From assembly GCA_038884575.1 (NCBI GenBank), contig JAWABQ010000002.1:16893-80892 (forward strand): a stretch of DNA of 64,000 nucleotides, given 5' to 3'. The notes under the pieces were generated by a model. The model did no database searches and was not told where the DNA came from. It was given only the letters and a program-made list of their open reading frames with translations. Origin of the DNA: Candidatus Woesearchaeota archaeon. GTDB lineage: Archaea; Nanobdellota; Nanobdellia; Woesearchaeales; ARS49. Shown piece by piece: positions 18,427-27,445 of the stretch. The position numbers and the translations under genes were made by a program. Position 1 is the stretch's first letter; every line of letters starts with the position of its first letter.

Positions 18427-19466
18427 AGGCGCTCGCAATAACACTCCCAGGGCTTTCTGATGTTTGTTCTGAAGAAATAAAGGAAATAACAGGAATTGCA
18501 GGCAGGGAAACAAAGGAAGCAGTTGTTTTTGATGCAGAACTTGAACAGATTTTCTCTGTTTGTTACAAGGCGCAGACAGTTTGCAGGGTTATTTTGCTTG
18601 TCAGCGAGGGAAAAATCAGCGAATTAAGCATACCCGCACAGTATTTGAAAGGCACAATATCAATCAATGGCAAGACAACAACAAAAGCAAACGAAGCCTC
18701 TGAAAACATAAAGGCAAACAAGGTGTACAAGAACGCAGACATTCCATTTTATTTGCACTTCGAGGATGATTATAATTGGTTAGGCATTGACCTGACAGGG
18801 GACATTTCAAAGCGAGACTACAGGATTTTTGTCGGCAGGGAAACAATAACAGGAATAACATCATTTGCCGCCCTGAAGCTGGCAGGATATGACGGCAAAA
18901 AAACACTTCTTGACCCAAACTGCAGGGCAGGAAGCATAGTCATAGAAGCAGCCTTGTCAGCATTGAAAATGCCGGTAAGGTATTATTCAAAGGACAAAAT
19001 GCTAATGAAAAAAGTGTTCAAGGACTTTGATTTTGAGAAGTTTTACAAGCAACAGGATTCGGTAATAAAAGAAAGCAGTTCCCCGATTATTGCCATTTCA
19101 GACCAGTTCCCGTCAGTACAGGCAACAAGGAAGAACGCAAAAATAGCAGGAGTCATCAAGGCCATTGACTTTTCAAGAACTTCTGTAGACTGGCTTGACC
19201 TAAAATTCGAGAAGAATTCCATAGACTTAATAGTGACGCAGCCAGTGGAGCTGACAACCAGTTTTCCGCCTAAAAAATTCAAAAAGCAAGCACTGCTTTT
19301 CTTTGAAAGAGCCAAAGCAATACTCAAGAAAAATGGCAAAATAGGGCTTGTGTTGAGGCAGGGCGCAGAGGAATACAAAGCAGCAGCAAAAGGATTTATT
19401 GTGGAGCACGAAAGGACAATCAGGCAGGGAAAGGAAGAATGGAAAATACTGGTGTTCTCTATATAG
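18423..19466 (+). CDS. THUMP/Trm14-RlmL-like RNA methyltransferase, motifs degenerate
   Basis: GIDLTG.ISKRDYR and [22 protein letters not shown] where NPPY is expected. Confidence 0.75.
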   Translation: MKALAITLPGLSDVCSEEIKEITGIAGRETKEAVVFDAELEQIFSVCYKAQTVCRVILLVSEGKISELSIPAQYLKGTISINGKTTTKANEASENIKANKVYKNADIPFYLHFEDDYNWLGIDLTGDISKRDYRIFVGRETITGITSFAALKLAGYDGKKTLLDPNCRAGSIVIEAALSALKMPVRYYSKDKMLMKKVFKDFDFEKFYKQQDSVIKESSSPIIAISDQFPSVQATRKNAKIAGVIKAIDFSRTSVDWLDLKFEKNSIDLIVTQPVELTTSFPPKKFKKQALLFFERAKAILKKNGKIGLVLRQGAEEYKAAAKGFIVEHERTIRQGKEEWKILVFSI

Positions 19467-19506
19467 GCGCGATACATTTATAAATAAGCGTGTCACTACT
19501 ATGTTT

Positions 19507-19900
19507 GGGTTGGGACCGACTTTGGCTGTCGGTGAATGCTTTGGCATAGCGCCGAGTATTCGCTGAGGAAAGTCTTCCCACCGCCCATTGGCTTTTGCGA
19601 GCCCATGGGCAAAGTGCCACTCGCGTTGAGCGAGATCCAGCAATGGATGGCAAACCGCACAGAAACGAGACCGCCCACGAGGAGGATGATGGTCGTGAAG
19701 CTTCCGGCGACGGAAGTGAGCTAACCGCCTGACGTTCTCTTGGGAATGGGTGAAACGGCGAGGAACTGGCTGGTGCAAGCCGGATTTTCCGGTGCTCAGT
19801 AGAATGCCAAAACCGCCTGTCCTTCAGGGTTAAATGCCCTGAGTCCTGCTGATATCAGGAAATGGAGGCGGACAAAAGGGAGCTTATGCGGGCCCAACCC
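19507..19900 (+). ncRNA. rnpB: archaeal RNase P RNA
   Basis: P1 GGGTTGGG/CCCAACCC; conserved regions GAGGAAAGTC, ACAGAAA, TGAAACGG, TGCAAG, TAGAATG and ACAAAAGGGAGCTTAT; TATA box near 19477. Confidence 0.93.
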
Positions 19901-19924
19901 ACTTTTATTTCATGAGGTGCTTCA

Positions 19925-20098
19925 ATGGCTGACAAGAACCGCGTGTCAATGCCGGCGTCCACGGCAGGGTTAACGCGCTATTTCGAGGACTACAGGAGCA
20001 GGATAGAGATAAAGCCAGCATACGTGATAGTGATGGCTGTGGCAGTAATGCTGATAATCATTCTTTTGAACGCGTACGGTAGCACATTGCTCGGTTAA
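19925..20098 (+). CDS. secG: preprotein translocase subunit Sec61beta
   Basis: Below the ORF-track cutoff. MADKNRVSMPASTAGLTRYFEDYRSRIEIKPAYVIV plus one TM helix; SD GAGGTG. Confidence 0.92.
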   Translation: MADKNRVSMPASTAGLTRYFEDYRSRIEIKPAYVIVMAVAVMLIIILLNAYGSTLLG

Positions 20099-20110
20099 GT
20101 GTGATAAAAT

Positions 20111-20446
20111 ATGTTTCCAGGAATGAATCCAAAGGACCTCGCCAAGGCAATGAAGCGCCTGGGCATCCAGCAGGAGGAGCTTGAAGCCCACGAGGTCATC
20201 ATAAGGCTGCCAGACAAGGACCTGGTCTTCAGCGACCCGCAGGTCACAAAAGTCAACGCGATGGGGCAGCTCTCATTCCAAGTAACAGGAGAGCCAGAAG
20301 AAAGGCTTCGCGAGCCTGTCGTCAGTGAGGAAGACGTTAAAACGGTGATGGAACAGGCCAAAGTCGATCGTGAGAAAGCGATGGCTGCAATCAAGGAGCA
20401 CAAAGGCGACCTTGCAGGAGCCATCCTCGAGCTAACCAAAGTATGA
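20111..20446 (+). CDS. nac: nascent polypeptide-associated complex protein
   Basis: MFPGMNPK..AMKRLGI, FQVTG, C-terminal UBA-like GDLAGAILEL. Confidence 0.96.
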   Translation: MFPGMNPKDLAKAMKRLGIQQEELEAHEVIIRLPDKDLVFSDPQVTKVNAMGQLSFQVTGEPEERLREPVVSEEDVKTVMEQAKVDREKAMAAIKEHKGDLAGAILELTKV

Positions 20447-20910
20447 CGTCAATTCGTGAGGCACTTGAACGTGCCAGGCAGGAATTGAAAAGGGCAGACC
20501 ATCTTATCTATGTCAGTCTGAAGTATACGCGCACTGTTGATGTCCTCAAGAGCATAATCAGCAGGCTTATTGCGACTGTCGAGGCAGGGATTGATGCCCT
20601 GCTGCACTTTGCCAAGAAAGAAGGCAAGATTCCTGCAGTGCCCACCTTGCCCCGGCTAAAAATCGAGGCGCTGAAAAAAGCATTTGCAGAAGACCACCAG
20701 CTGAAGCAGTACATCAGATTCTACCTCCTTCTCCGAAAGCTTGACAAGGCACATTTTGAGCGCGCACAGGAATACAGAAGGCATGTCACCATGAAGGCAG
20801 CGCTTGATGAAAACCACGTTGAAATAACGATAGACATAATAAGCGACTACTTCCACAAGGCAAAAGAATTCCTGCTGATAATAGAGCAGATGACCGAAAA
20901 AGAAAGGTAA
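20443..20910 (+). CDS. hypothetical protein (helical, HEPN-like pattern possible)
   Basis: ELKRADHLIYVSLKYTRT...EYRRHVTM; operonic with nac. Confidence 0.75.
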   Translation: MTSIREALERARQELKRADHLIYVSLKYTRTVDVLKSIISRLIATVEAGIDALLHFAKKEGKIPAVPTLPRLKIEALKKAFAEDHQLKQYIRFYLLLRKLDKAHFERAQEYRRHVTMKAALDENHVEITIDIISDYFHKAKEFLLIIEQMTEKER

Positions 20911-20912
20911 CT

Positions 20913-21425
20913 ATGGAAGACATAACATCCAAGCTCGCAGCAAAAGGCTGGAGCAGGACTGAAATCAGGAAAACAGCAGACATAATGGCGCACGCCCAGG
21001 AATACAAGAGCGCCTCAATGAAATTCTTGGAGCAGTCTGCATTCTGGGTAGCGCTCCTCATTGCAATATTCGGCAATTTTGTTGTAAGCGTTGTGCTCGT
21101 GCCATTCCTTTTGCTGCTGAAAGGCGCCGCACTTTACGCCACTGTCTTTGCAGTCGGCGTGTCATTCGGGCTGATTTTCAATGTCCTGATACACTACATA
21201 GAGGAGCTTGGCGAGGGCCAGCACATAATCGCAGGGGCATTCATACCTGCACTGGCGCTGATTAACATATACATCATTGCATACTTATCGAACAGGCTTG
21301 AAATCCTGATGCAGCTTGCAACACCTGCGCACAGCCCGCTTGGGGTGAGCATTGCATATGTTATTGCATTTGTGCTGCCATACCTTGTAAAGCATTTCCA
21401 GCATGTCAAGAAAAAAAGGCTTTAG
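20913..21425 (+). CDS. hypothetical 4-TM membrane protein
   Basis: Hydrophobic helices; operonic. Confidence 0.75.
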   Translation: MEDITSKLAAKGWSRTEIRKTADIMAHAQEYKSASMKFLEQSAFWVALLIAIFGNFVVSVVLVPFLLLLKGAALYATVFAVGVSFGLIFNVLIHYIEELGEGQHIIAGAFIPALALINIYIIAYLSNRLEILMQLATPAHSPLGVSIAYVIAFVLPYLVKHFQHVKKKRL

Positions 21426-21481
21426 CGCTGTTTTTGCAAGGATAGATTTTTAAAGAACGAAAATGCAAATTCTCTTATCAC

Positions 21482-21568
21482 GGCGGCCTTAGTATAGTGG
21501 TAGTACGGGGGACTGTGGCTCTGACGAGCAGAACTCCCCAGGCCCGGGTTCGATTCCCGGAGGTCGCC
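21482..21568 (+). tRNA. tRNA-His(GUG) with 15-nt intron (21519..21533) at 37/38 and encoded G-1
   Basis: G-GCGGCCT/AGGTCGC-C acceptor; GGGGA-CTGTGG[intron]C-TCCCC anticodon arm; strict BHB with CTGT/GCAG central helix. Confidence 0.94.
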
Positions 21569-21657
21569 TTAAGGCGCGGAGCGCTAGAGGTGCGACCGAC
21601 GGACCAGCCGGACCGCAGTTCGGCGCTGCCCGGAGGTCACCTTTTGTTACATACAAA

Positions 21658-22074
21658 ATGAAAGTCTCGACACACATGATTCTGGCAGTTATTGCTTATT
21701 TCATACTTCAAAATTTTTTCGGAGTCAAATTTGCCCTTATCTTTGCGATTTCTTCGGTTATTGTTGACATTGACCACTGGTTTTGGGCTGTTTACAAGGC
21801 AAAGAAATGGTGGCTGCACGAGGCGTATTTTTGGAACCTTGAGGACATAAAGCGGATGCGGGTATGCGAAGCCAGGGGCAGGAAGGTAAAGTCAGTGCTG
21901 CACGTATTCCACACAATAGAATTCATTCTCATAGCGCTTGTTGCAGGGCTGTTCCTGCCTGTATTGCTGCCAGCATTCTGGGGCATAATCTTTCATTTCA
22001 GCTGCGATATGCTCCAAACATTCATTGAAAAAACCCACGGCAGGAGAAAGTTGTCATTGTTCCAGAATTCTTGA
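21658..22074 (+). CDS. membrane-bound metal-dependent hydrolase (YdjM-like)
   Basis: N-terminal TH, then VDIDH, FHTIEF and FH..CD motifs. Confidence 0.75.
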   Translation: MKVSTHMILAVIAYFILQNFFGVKFALIFAISSVIVDIDHWFWAVYKAKKWWLHEAYFWNLEDIKRMRVCEARGRKVKSVLHVFHTIEFILIALVAGLFLPVLLPAFWGIIFHFSCDMLQTFIEKTHGRRKLSLFQNS

Positions 22075-22118
22075 TTCTGCCCGCAAGCTTTATAAAGAGA
22101 CTGCGTTCTTTTTCGAAA

Positions 22119-22199
22119 TATTAGCCCGAGTCCAGACGTTGTGTTTGGGCGACAGAGGGTTGAGCCAGCATTTCTGGTTTAATTCTGTCGGGTATAATA
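22119..22199 (+). promoter_or_regulatory. structured 5' leader of the rps13 operon (three-way junction); TATA TTTATAAA at 22089..22096
   Basis: Hand-folded helices P1, P2 and P3 (see findings). Confidence 0.6.
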
Positions 22200-22206
22200 A
22201 CGCAAA

Positions 22207-22773
22207 ATGGCAGAACCACAAGCACCAAAGCCAACAGCACCTGCGCAGCAGGCAAAGCCAGCGGCACCAGCGCCAAAGACGGCTGCGCAACCTGCTCCAG
22301 AGCTAAAGCACCTTGTGCGCATTGCAAACACAGACCTTGACGGCAAAAAGGCAATAGCATTCGCGCTCAGCAAGATAAAAGGGGTCGGAATACCTTTTGC
22401 GCACGCAGCATGCAGGATAGCAGGTGTTGACGTGAACAAAAAGGCAGGAGCGCTTTCAGACACAGAGGTCAAAAAGGTCGAAGAGGTTGTCAAGGACCCA
22501 ATCAAGGCAGGAATGCCTGCATGGGCAGTAAACAGGCGCTTTGACCCTGAAACAGGCCAGAACAAGCACCTGCTCTCAGGCGACCTGCAGTTCATAATCG
22601 AGAATGACATCAAGATAATGAAGAAAATCAAGTGCTACAAGGGAATAAGGCACATCCTCGGACAGCCAGTCAGGGGGCAAAGGACAAGGAGCAACTTCAG
22701 GAAGAACAAGGGCAAAGTCATGGGAGTCAGAAGGTCAGCATCAGCAAAGGCATCTTCTGGCGGAACAACATAA
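22207..22773 (+). CDS. rps13: 30S ribosomal protein uS13
   Basis: VRIANTDLDG, IKGVG, YKGIRH..GQPVRGQRTRSN; Pro/Ala-rich N-terminal extension. Confidence 0.98.
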   Translation: MAEPQAPKPTAPAQQAKPAAPAPKTAAQPAPELKHLVRIANTDLDGKKAIAFALSKIKGVGIPFAHAACRIAGVDVNKKAGALSDTEVKKVEEVVKDPIKAGMPAWAVNRRFDPETGQNKHLLSGDLQFIIENDIKIMKKIKCYKGIRHILGQPVRGQRTRSNFRKNKGKVMGVRRSASAKASSGGTT

Positions 22774-22782
22774 AGGTGAACA

Positions 22783-23391
22783 ATGGGCGACCCAAGAACA
22801 ATCAAGAGCAAGTACGACAGGCCAGGACATCCCTGGCAGAAGGAGCGCATTGAGGAAGAAAGGGCGCTGCTCCGCGAGTACGGGCTCAAGAACAAGACAG
22901 AAATCTACAGGGCGCGCTCAAAGTTAAAGACATTTGCAGACCTTGCAAAGAAGCTCATTGCAGCACGCGGAACACAGGCAGAAAAGGAAAGGCAGCAGCT
23001 GCTCACAAGACTTGCAAGGCTAGGGCTTGTAAAGCAGGGAGCACAGCTTGATGACGTGCTTGGGATCCAGCTCAGGAACATCCTTGAAAGAAGGCTCCAG
23101 ACAATGGTATTCAGGAAGGGCCTTGCAAGAAGCATCAACCAGTCAAGGCAGTTCATAGTCCACGAGCACATCACAGTCGGAAACAGGTCTGTCTCATCAC
23201 CATGCTACCATGTGCCTGTTGACGAGGAGGCAACGATAGCATTCGTTCCAGCATCAAAGCTGGCGAACACAGCGCACCCAGAGCGCGCACTGCCGCCGAA
23301 AAAGCCAGAACCTCCAAGGCAGCCAAATGATGAGCACAGAAGGCGCGGACCGCCACGCAGGCAGCAAAGGCGCACGGAGGACAGGAAATGA
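22783..23391 (+). CDS. rps4: 30S ribosomal protein uS4
   Basis: MGDP...[24 protein letters not shown] and RQFIVHEHI motifs. Confidence 0.98.
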   Translation: MGDPRTIKSKYDRPGHPWQKERIEEERALLREYGLKNKTEIYRARSKLKTFADLAKKLIAARGTQAEKERQQLLTRLARLGLVKQGAQLDDVLGIQLRNILERRLQTMVFRKGLARSINQSRQFIVHEHITVGNRSVSSPCYHVPVDEEATIAFVPASKLANTAHPERALPPKKPEPPRQPNDEHRRRGPPRRQQRRTEDRK

Positions 23392-23783
23392 TGCCTGCAA
23401 TCCGCTGGGGGGTAGCACACATTTACACAAGTTACAACGACACAATAATCCACATCACTGATATTTCGGGGACAGAAACCATTGCTGTCGCCTCAGGCGG
23501 AATGATGGTGAAGAGCGACCGCATGGAAGGCTCGCCAACAGCAGCAATGATGGCTGCCAAGCGGGCTGCAGAGCTCGCCCACGACAAGGGCATTGGCGGG
23601 GTTCATGTCAAGGTCAAGGCGCCAGGAGGGCACAACGGGCCTCACAACCCTGGCCCGGGAGCGCAGGCTGCAATCAGGGCCCTGAGCAGAATGGGGCTCA
23701 GGATCGGGATAATAGAGGACGTAACGCCCATGCCCCACGGAGGGTGCAGGAAGAAGGGCGGGAAGAGGGGACGAAGGGTATGA
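23388..23783 (+). CDS. rps11: 30S ribosomal protein uS11
   Basis: [33 protein letters not shown]...GRRV. Confidence 0.98.
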   Translation: MMPAIRWGVAHIYTSYNDTIIHITDISGTETIAVASGGMMVKSDRMEGSPTAAMMAAKRAAELAHDKGIGGVHVKVKAPGGHNGPHNPGPGAQAAIRALSRMGLRIGIIEDVTPMPHGGCRKKGGKRGRRV

Positions 23784-24562
23784 ACATCGAATTCCTTAAT
23801 TCGGATGAGAAGTCAGGGCGCGTGACGTTCCTGCTGAAGGATACAACACCTGCATTCGCAAACGCTATGCGCAGGGCAATGATAGAAAGCGTGCCGACAA
23901 TGGCAATTGACACCATAGAGTTCAGGGAGAACAGCTCTGTGCTTTACGACGAGATAATCGCACACAGGCTCGGACTGCTCCCCTTGAGCACAGATTTGAA
24001 AAGCTACATGCTCTCCTCAAAATGCAAATGCAAGGGAGAGGGGTGCAACAGGTGCACTCTGAAGCTTACGCTGAAGGCAAAAGGGCCGTGTGTTGTTTAT
24101 GCCTCTGATATCAAGAGCAAAGACCCAAAGGTAAAGCCTGTTTACGGCGACACGCCAATAGTCAAGCTCCTGAAAGGCCAGGAGCTGGAGCTTGAGGCAA
24201 CAGCAGTGCTCGGCCAGGGCAAGCAGCACATCAAGTGGAGCCCATGCCTTGCATGGTATGTTTACGAGCCAATCATCACAGTCAACAACGACAGCCCGAA
24301 GTTTGCAGAGTGCAAGGCGAAATTCCCTCCGCAAATCTTCGACAAGAACGGGAAGATAGACAAGAAGCTGATATCAGGCAACAGCCTTGTTGATGCCTGC
24401 GACGGGGTGTGCCCCGATGTTGTCAAGATTGAGCACAACCCGAAGAACTTCCTGTTCAGCATAGAGCCATGGGGACAATTAACTCCCAAGGAAATCGCAA
24501 TTGCAGCTGCTGACATGCTCCTCGAGTCATTAAATGAATTCGAGGAAAAGCTCGGGAAATAA
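23780..24562 (+). CDS. rpoD: RNA polymerase subunit Rpo3 (D)
   Basis: [35 protein letters not shown] and GKQHIKWSP motifs. Confidence 0.97.
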   Translation: MNIEFLNSDEKSGRVTFLLKDTTPAFANAMRRAMIESVPTMAIDTIEFRENSSVLYDEIIAHRLGLLPLSTDLKSYMLSSKCKCKGEGCNRCTLKLTLKAKGPCVVYASDIKSKDPKVKPVYGDTPIVKLLKGQELELEATAVLGQGKQHIKWSPCLAWYVYEPIITVNNDSPKFAECKAKFPPQIFDKNGKIDKKLISGNSLVDACDGVCPDVVKIEHNPKNFLFSIEPWGQLTPKEIAIAAADMLLESLNEFEEKLGK

Positions 24563-24588
24563 TATTCCGCGGGCAACACCCTAAATTT

Positions 24589-24674
24589 GCAGGGGTGGCA
24601 GAGCTTGGTCAAATGCGCTAGCTTGAGGGGCTAGTCCCTTAGTGGGTGCGAGGGTTCAAATCCCTTCCCCTGCA
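24589..24674 (+). tRNA. tRNA-Leu(GAG)
   Basis: GCAGGGG/CCCCTGC acceptor; CTAGC-TTGAGGG-GCTAG anticodon arm; long variable arm; usual archaeal position between rpoD and rpl18e. Confidence 0.96.
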
Positions 24675-24683
24675 TAAACGAAC

Positions 24684-25046
24684 ATGAAAAGAACAGGTCC
24701 GACAAACGAGCACATGCGTGCGCTGATTATGGAATTGCGCAAAGAAAGCAGTACTCAGAAGGCTGGAATCTGGTCAAGAGTTGCAGAAGACCTTGAGCTG
24801 CCCACGCGCAAAAGAAGGGTGGTGAACCTTTCAAGGCTCAACAGGAGCACAAAGGCAAATGAGACTGTTATTGTTCCTGGAAAAGTCCTTGGATCAGGAA
24901 TGCTTGAGCACGGGCTTGTCATTGCGGCTTTTGCATTCTCAAATGGCGCAAAAGAGCGCATAGAGCAGGCAAAAGGCAAGTGCCTCACAATACAGGAGCT
25001 GGTAAAGCAGAACCCGAAAGGGAAGGATGTCAGGATCATAGGATGA
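24684..25046 (+). CDS. rpl18e: 50S ribosomal protein eL18
   Basis: PTRKRRVVNLSRL, VPGKVLGSG and NPKG motifs. Confidence 0.98.
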   Translation: MKRTGPTNEHMRALIMELRKESSTQKAGIWSRVAEDLELPTRKRRVVNLSRLNRSTKANETVIVPGKVLGSGMLEHGLVIAAFAFSNGAKERIEQAKGKCLTIQELVKQNPKGKDVRIIG

Positions 25047-25051
25047 TTACC

Positions 25052-25480
25052 ATGGCAGAAATAAACATTGATGCAACAAACCTCGTTGTCGGAAGGATGG
25101 GAAGCTATGCTGCAAAGCAGGCATTGCTTGGGCACAGCGTGAACATCTTCAACTGCGAAAAGGCAGTAATGACAGGGGGAAGGGACTTCAATGTCGAGCA
25201 GTACAGGTATTTGATAAAGGAAACAGGGCAGCCGCAAAAAGGGCCTTTCATTTCAAGGCTGCCTGACAGGTTTGTCCGCAGGCAGATAAGGGGAATGCTG
25301 CCGCACAAGAAAGCGCGCGGAATGGCTGCATGGAAGCGGATAATGTGCTATGTCGGAGTGCCTGAGGAATTCAAGGGCAAAAAGCTTTCAACCCTTGACT
25401 GGGCAGGCCTCAAACACAAGAAAACAATGAAAATCATAACAATAGGCGAACTTTGCAAGATGATTGGAGGAAGAGCCTGA
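25052..25480 (+). CDS. rpl13: 50S ribosomal protein uL13
   Basis: IDATNLVVGRM, NCEKAVMTG, KGP...PD..VRR.IRGMLP; alternative start 25043. Confidence 0.97.
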   Translation: MAEINIDATNLVVGRMGSYAAKQALLGHSVNIFNCEKAVMTGGRDFNVEQYRYLIKETGQPQKGPFISRLPDRFVRRQIRGMLPHKKARGMAAWKRIMCYVGVPEEFKGKKLSTLDWAGLKHKKTMKIITIGELCKMIGGRA

Positions 25481-25875
25481 TGAAGTCAATTCACGTTTCA
25501 GGAAGCAGGAAGAGCGCAGTAGCCAGGGCAACGCTTGTGCCCGGCGCAGGGATAATAAGGATTAACTCGCAGTTGCTTGATGCTTATGAACCTGCAATGT
25601 CAAGGCTCAAGATACAGGAGCCGGTAATTATTGCAGGCGACAAGGCAAAGGAAGTGAACATCGATGTCTCTGTCCACGGCGGCGGAATCAGCAGCCAGGC
25701 AGAGGCGGCAAGGCTCGTTGTTGCACGAGCGCTGGCAAAATACGACGAAACCCTGCAAAAAGACTTCCTTGGCTATGACAGGATGCTTCTTGTAGCCGAT
25801 GTTCGCAGGAAAGAAACACACAAGCCCAACTGCCACGGAAAGGCAAGGGCAATGAGGCAAAAATCATACAGGTGA
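25480..25875 (+). CDS. rps9: 30S ribosomal protein uS9
   Basis: SGSRKSAVARA, GGGISSQAEA, YDRMLLVAD and ARAMRQKSYR motifs. Confidence 0.98.
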   Translation: MKSIHVSGSRKSAVARATLVPGAGIIRINSQLLDAYEPAMSRLKIQEPVIIAGDKAKEVNIDVSVHGGGISSQAEAARLVVARALAKYDETLQKDFLGYDRMLLVADVRRKETHKPNCHGKARAMRQKSYR

Positions 25876-25879
25876 TACC

Positions 25880-26077
25880 ATGATAATACCAATAAGGTGC
25901 TGGAGCTGCGGAAAACCAATAGCGCACTTATGGGAAAAATACAAGGAGCGCGTTGACAAGGGAGAGTCAAAAAAGGCAGTTCTTGACGACCTCGGGCTTG
26001 ACAGGTACTGCTGCAGGACAATGTTCCTAGGGCATGTGGACTTGATAGACACAGCAGGGCAGTTTAAGAAAGGCTAA
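25880..26077 (+). CDS. rpoN: RNA polymerase subunit Rpo10 (N)
   Basis: MIIPIRCWSCG...LDDLGLDRYCCR. Confidence 0.98.
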   Translation: MIIPIRCWSCGKPIAHLWEKYKERVDKGESKKAVLDDLGLDRYCCRTMFLGHVDLIDTAGQFKKG

Positions 26078-26082
26078 ATTTT

Positions 26083-26802
26083 TTATTCTTTTATTCCCAC
26101 ATAAAGACCGCGGCCTCTGGGAGTATTCTTGATGTAAAATGCTTTTAGCTTTGCATTCTTCATTATCCTTAGCGTGTCTTTTATTTCAAAAAGGCCAAGG
26201 CAATCCCTGCCTCTTAAATACCTCACGCCTTTACCCTTTTCCCAAATCAGCGTGTGTTCATCAAACCATGAGAGTGAGTTCTTCCTATCGCTCAGCATAA
26301 GGCGCGCAATTTTTATTCCATTGCCTTCGTACAGCCTGAAAGTAACTTTTCCTTTTATGAACCGCGACTTAGTGTACCATGGTTCAATTATCACGATTCC
26401 GCCCTTTTTCAGGTGCCTGGAAAAACCATTGATTGTTTTCTTAAGATTTTTCAAGGTCCTGACATATCCGATTGCGCTGAAAAGCGTAATAATAATGTCA
26501 AATTTCCTTCCAAGGTTTAATTTTGTCATGTCAGCCTGCCTGTAGGCCACACCACGCACTTTTTTCCTGGCAATTTTCAGAATTTCCTTGTTTAGGTCAA
26601 CACCTGTGCACTTGAAATCCTTTTTCAGGTAAACAAGATGCCTTCCTGTTCCGCAGCCAACATCAAGAAGCGTGTTGCCGCTGGACTTTTTGTATTTTTT
26701 AATTAATTTTTTTATTAAATCCACCTCTTTTTTGGTGTTTTCCTTTGCATAAATAAAATCATAATACTTTGCAAACTCCCTGTATTCAAGCTGTTCTTTC
26801 AT
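26083..26802 (-). CDS. class I SAM-dependent methyltransferase
   Basis: FAKYYD, LLDVGCGTGRH, GVDLN, ADM and HLKKGG motifs. Confidence 0.92.
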   Translation of the reverse strand: MKEQLEYREFAKYYDFIYAKENTKKEVDLIKKLIKKYKKSSGNTLLDVGCGTGRHLVYLKKDFKCTGVDLNKEILKIARKKVRGVAYRQADMTKLNLGRKFDIIITLFSAIGYVRTLKNLKKTINGFSRHLKKGGIVIIEPWYTKSRFIKGKVTFRLYEGNGIKIARLMLSDRKNSLSWFDEHTLIWEKGKGVRYLRGRDCLGLFEIKDTLRIMKNAKLKAFYIKNTPRGRGLYVGIKE

Positions 26803-26857
26803 AAATGCGTCCTTTTGCCCCACTTTATTTAAATATTACCTGATTAAAACACCAATC

Positions 26858-27421
26858 ATGCCTGTTTTTATCATAGAGCACATGGAGCCAAGGGTGTGGA
26901 AGTGGTGCTATCTTGAGTACAAGCACATATCAACAATTGTTGGCAAGGAGAACTTGTGGTTCACAAACGTCAAAACAGGCAAAGCTCAACTGCGAAGGCT
27001 TGGTAAGGTATTTTCCAAAAGCGTAACTGAAATGAATCTTGAGAATCCTGTAATCCTTGACGCAGATGCAAACAAGACACTCACGCCAAAAGAAGCCAAG
27101 AAATTCAGCCACATAATATTTGGCGGAATACTTGGAGACTATCCACCGCGCGGAAGGACAAAGGATTTGCGGATAAAAATGCCCGGTGTTGAGGCAAGGA
27201 ATATGGGAAAAGAGCAGATGAGCACAGACACTGCTGTCCTTGTTGCTTATACAATCCTTTCAGGAATGCCATTGCACAAGATAAGGTTCACTCACCACGT
27301 TGACATTGACGTACGCGAGGGTGAGAGCGTGACTTTGCCTTACAAATATGTCCTTAAGGATGGCAAGCCTGTGCTGGCTCCGGGGCTTGTTGAGATGCTT
27401 CGTCGCCAGAAAGGTTTTTAA
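26858..27421 (+). CDS. SPOUT methyltransferase, Sfm1/DUF431-like
   Basis: IIEHME...W..LEY, FGGILGDYPPRGRT, QMSTDTAV and LPYKY motifs. Confidence 0.88.
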   Translation: MPVFIIEHMEPRVWKWCYLEYKHISTIVGKENLWFTNVKTGKAQLRRLGKVFSKSVTEMNLENPVILDADANKTLTPKEAKKFSHIIFGGILGDYPPRGRTKDLRIKMPGVEARNMGKEQMSTDTAVLVAYTILSGMPLHKIRFTHHVDIDVREGESVTLPYKYVLKDGKPVLAPGLVEMLRRQKGF

Positions 27422-27445
27422 ACGACTCGCTTCCAGTTCTTCGCT

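Noticed and set aside
19227..19778. ORFs over the 19.5-19.9 kb gap
   Set aside because: Region is explained by RNase P RNA.
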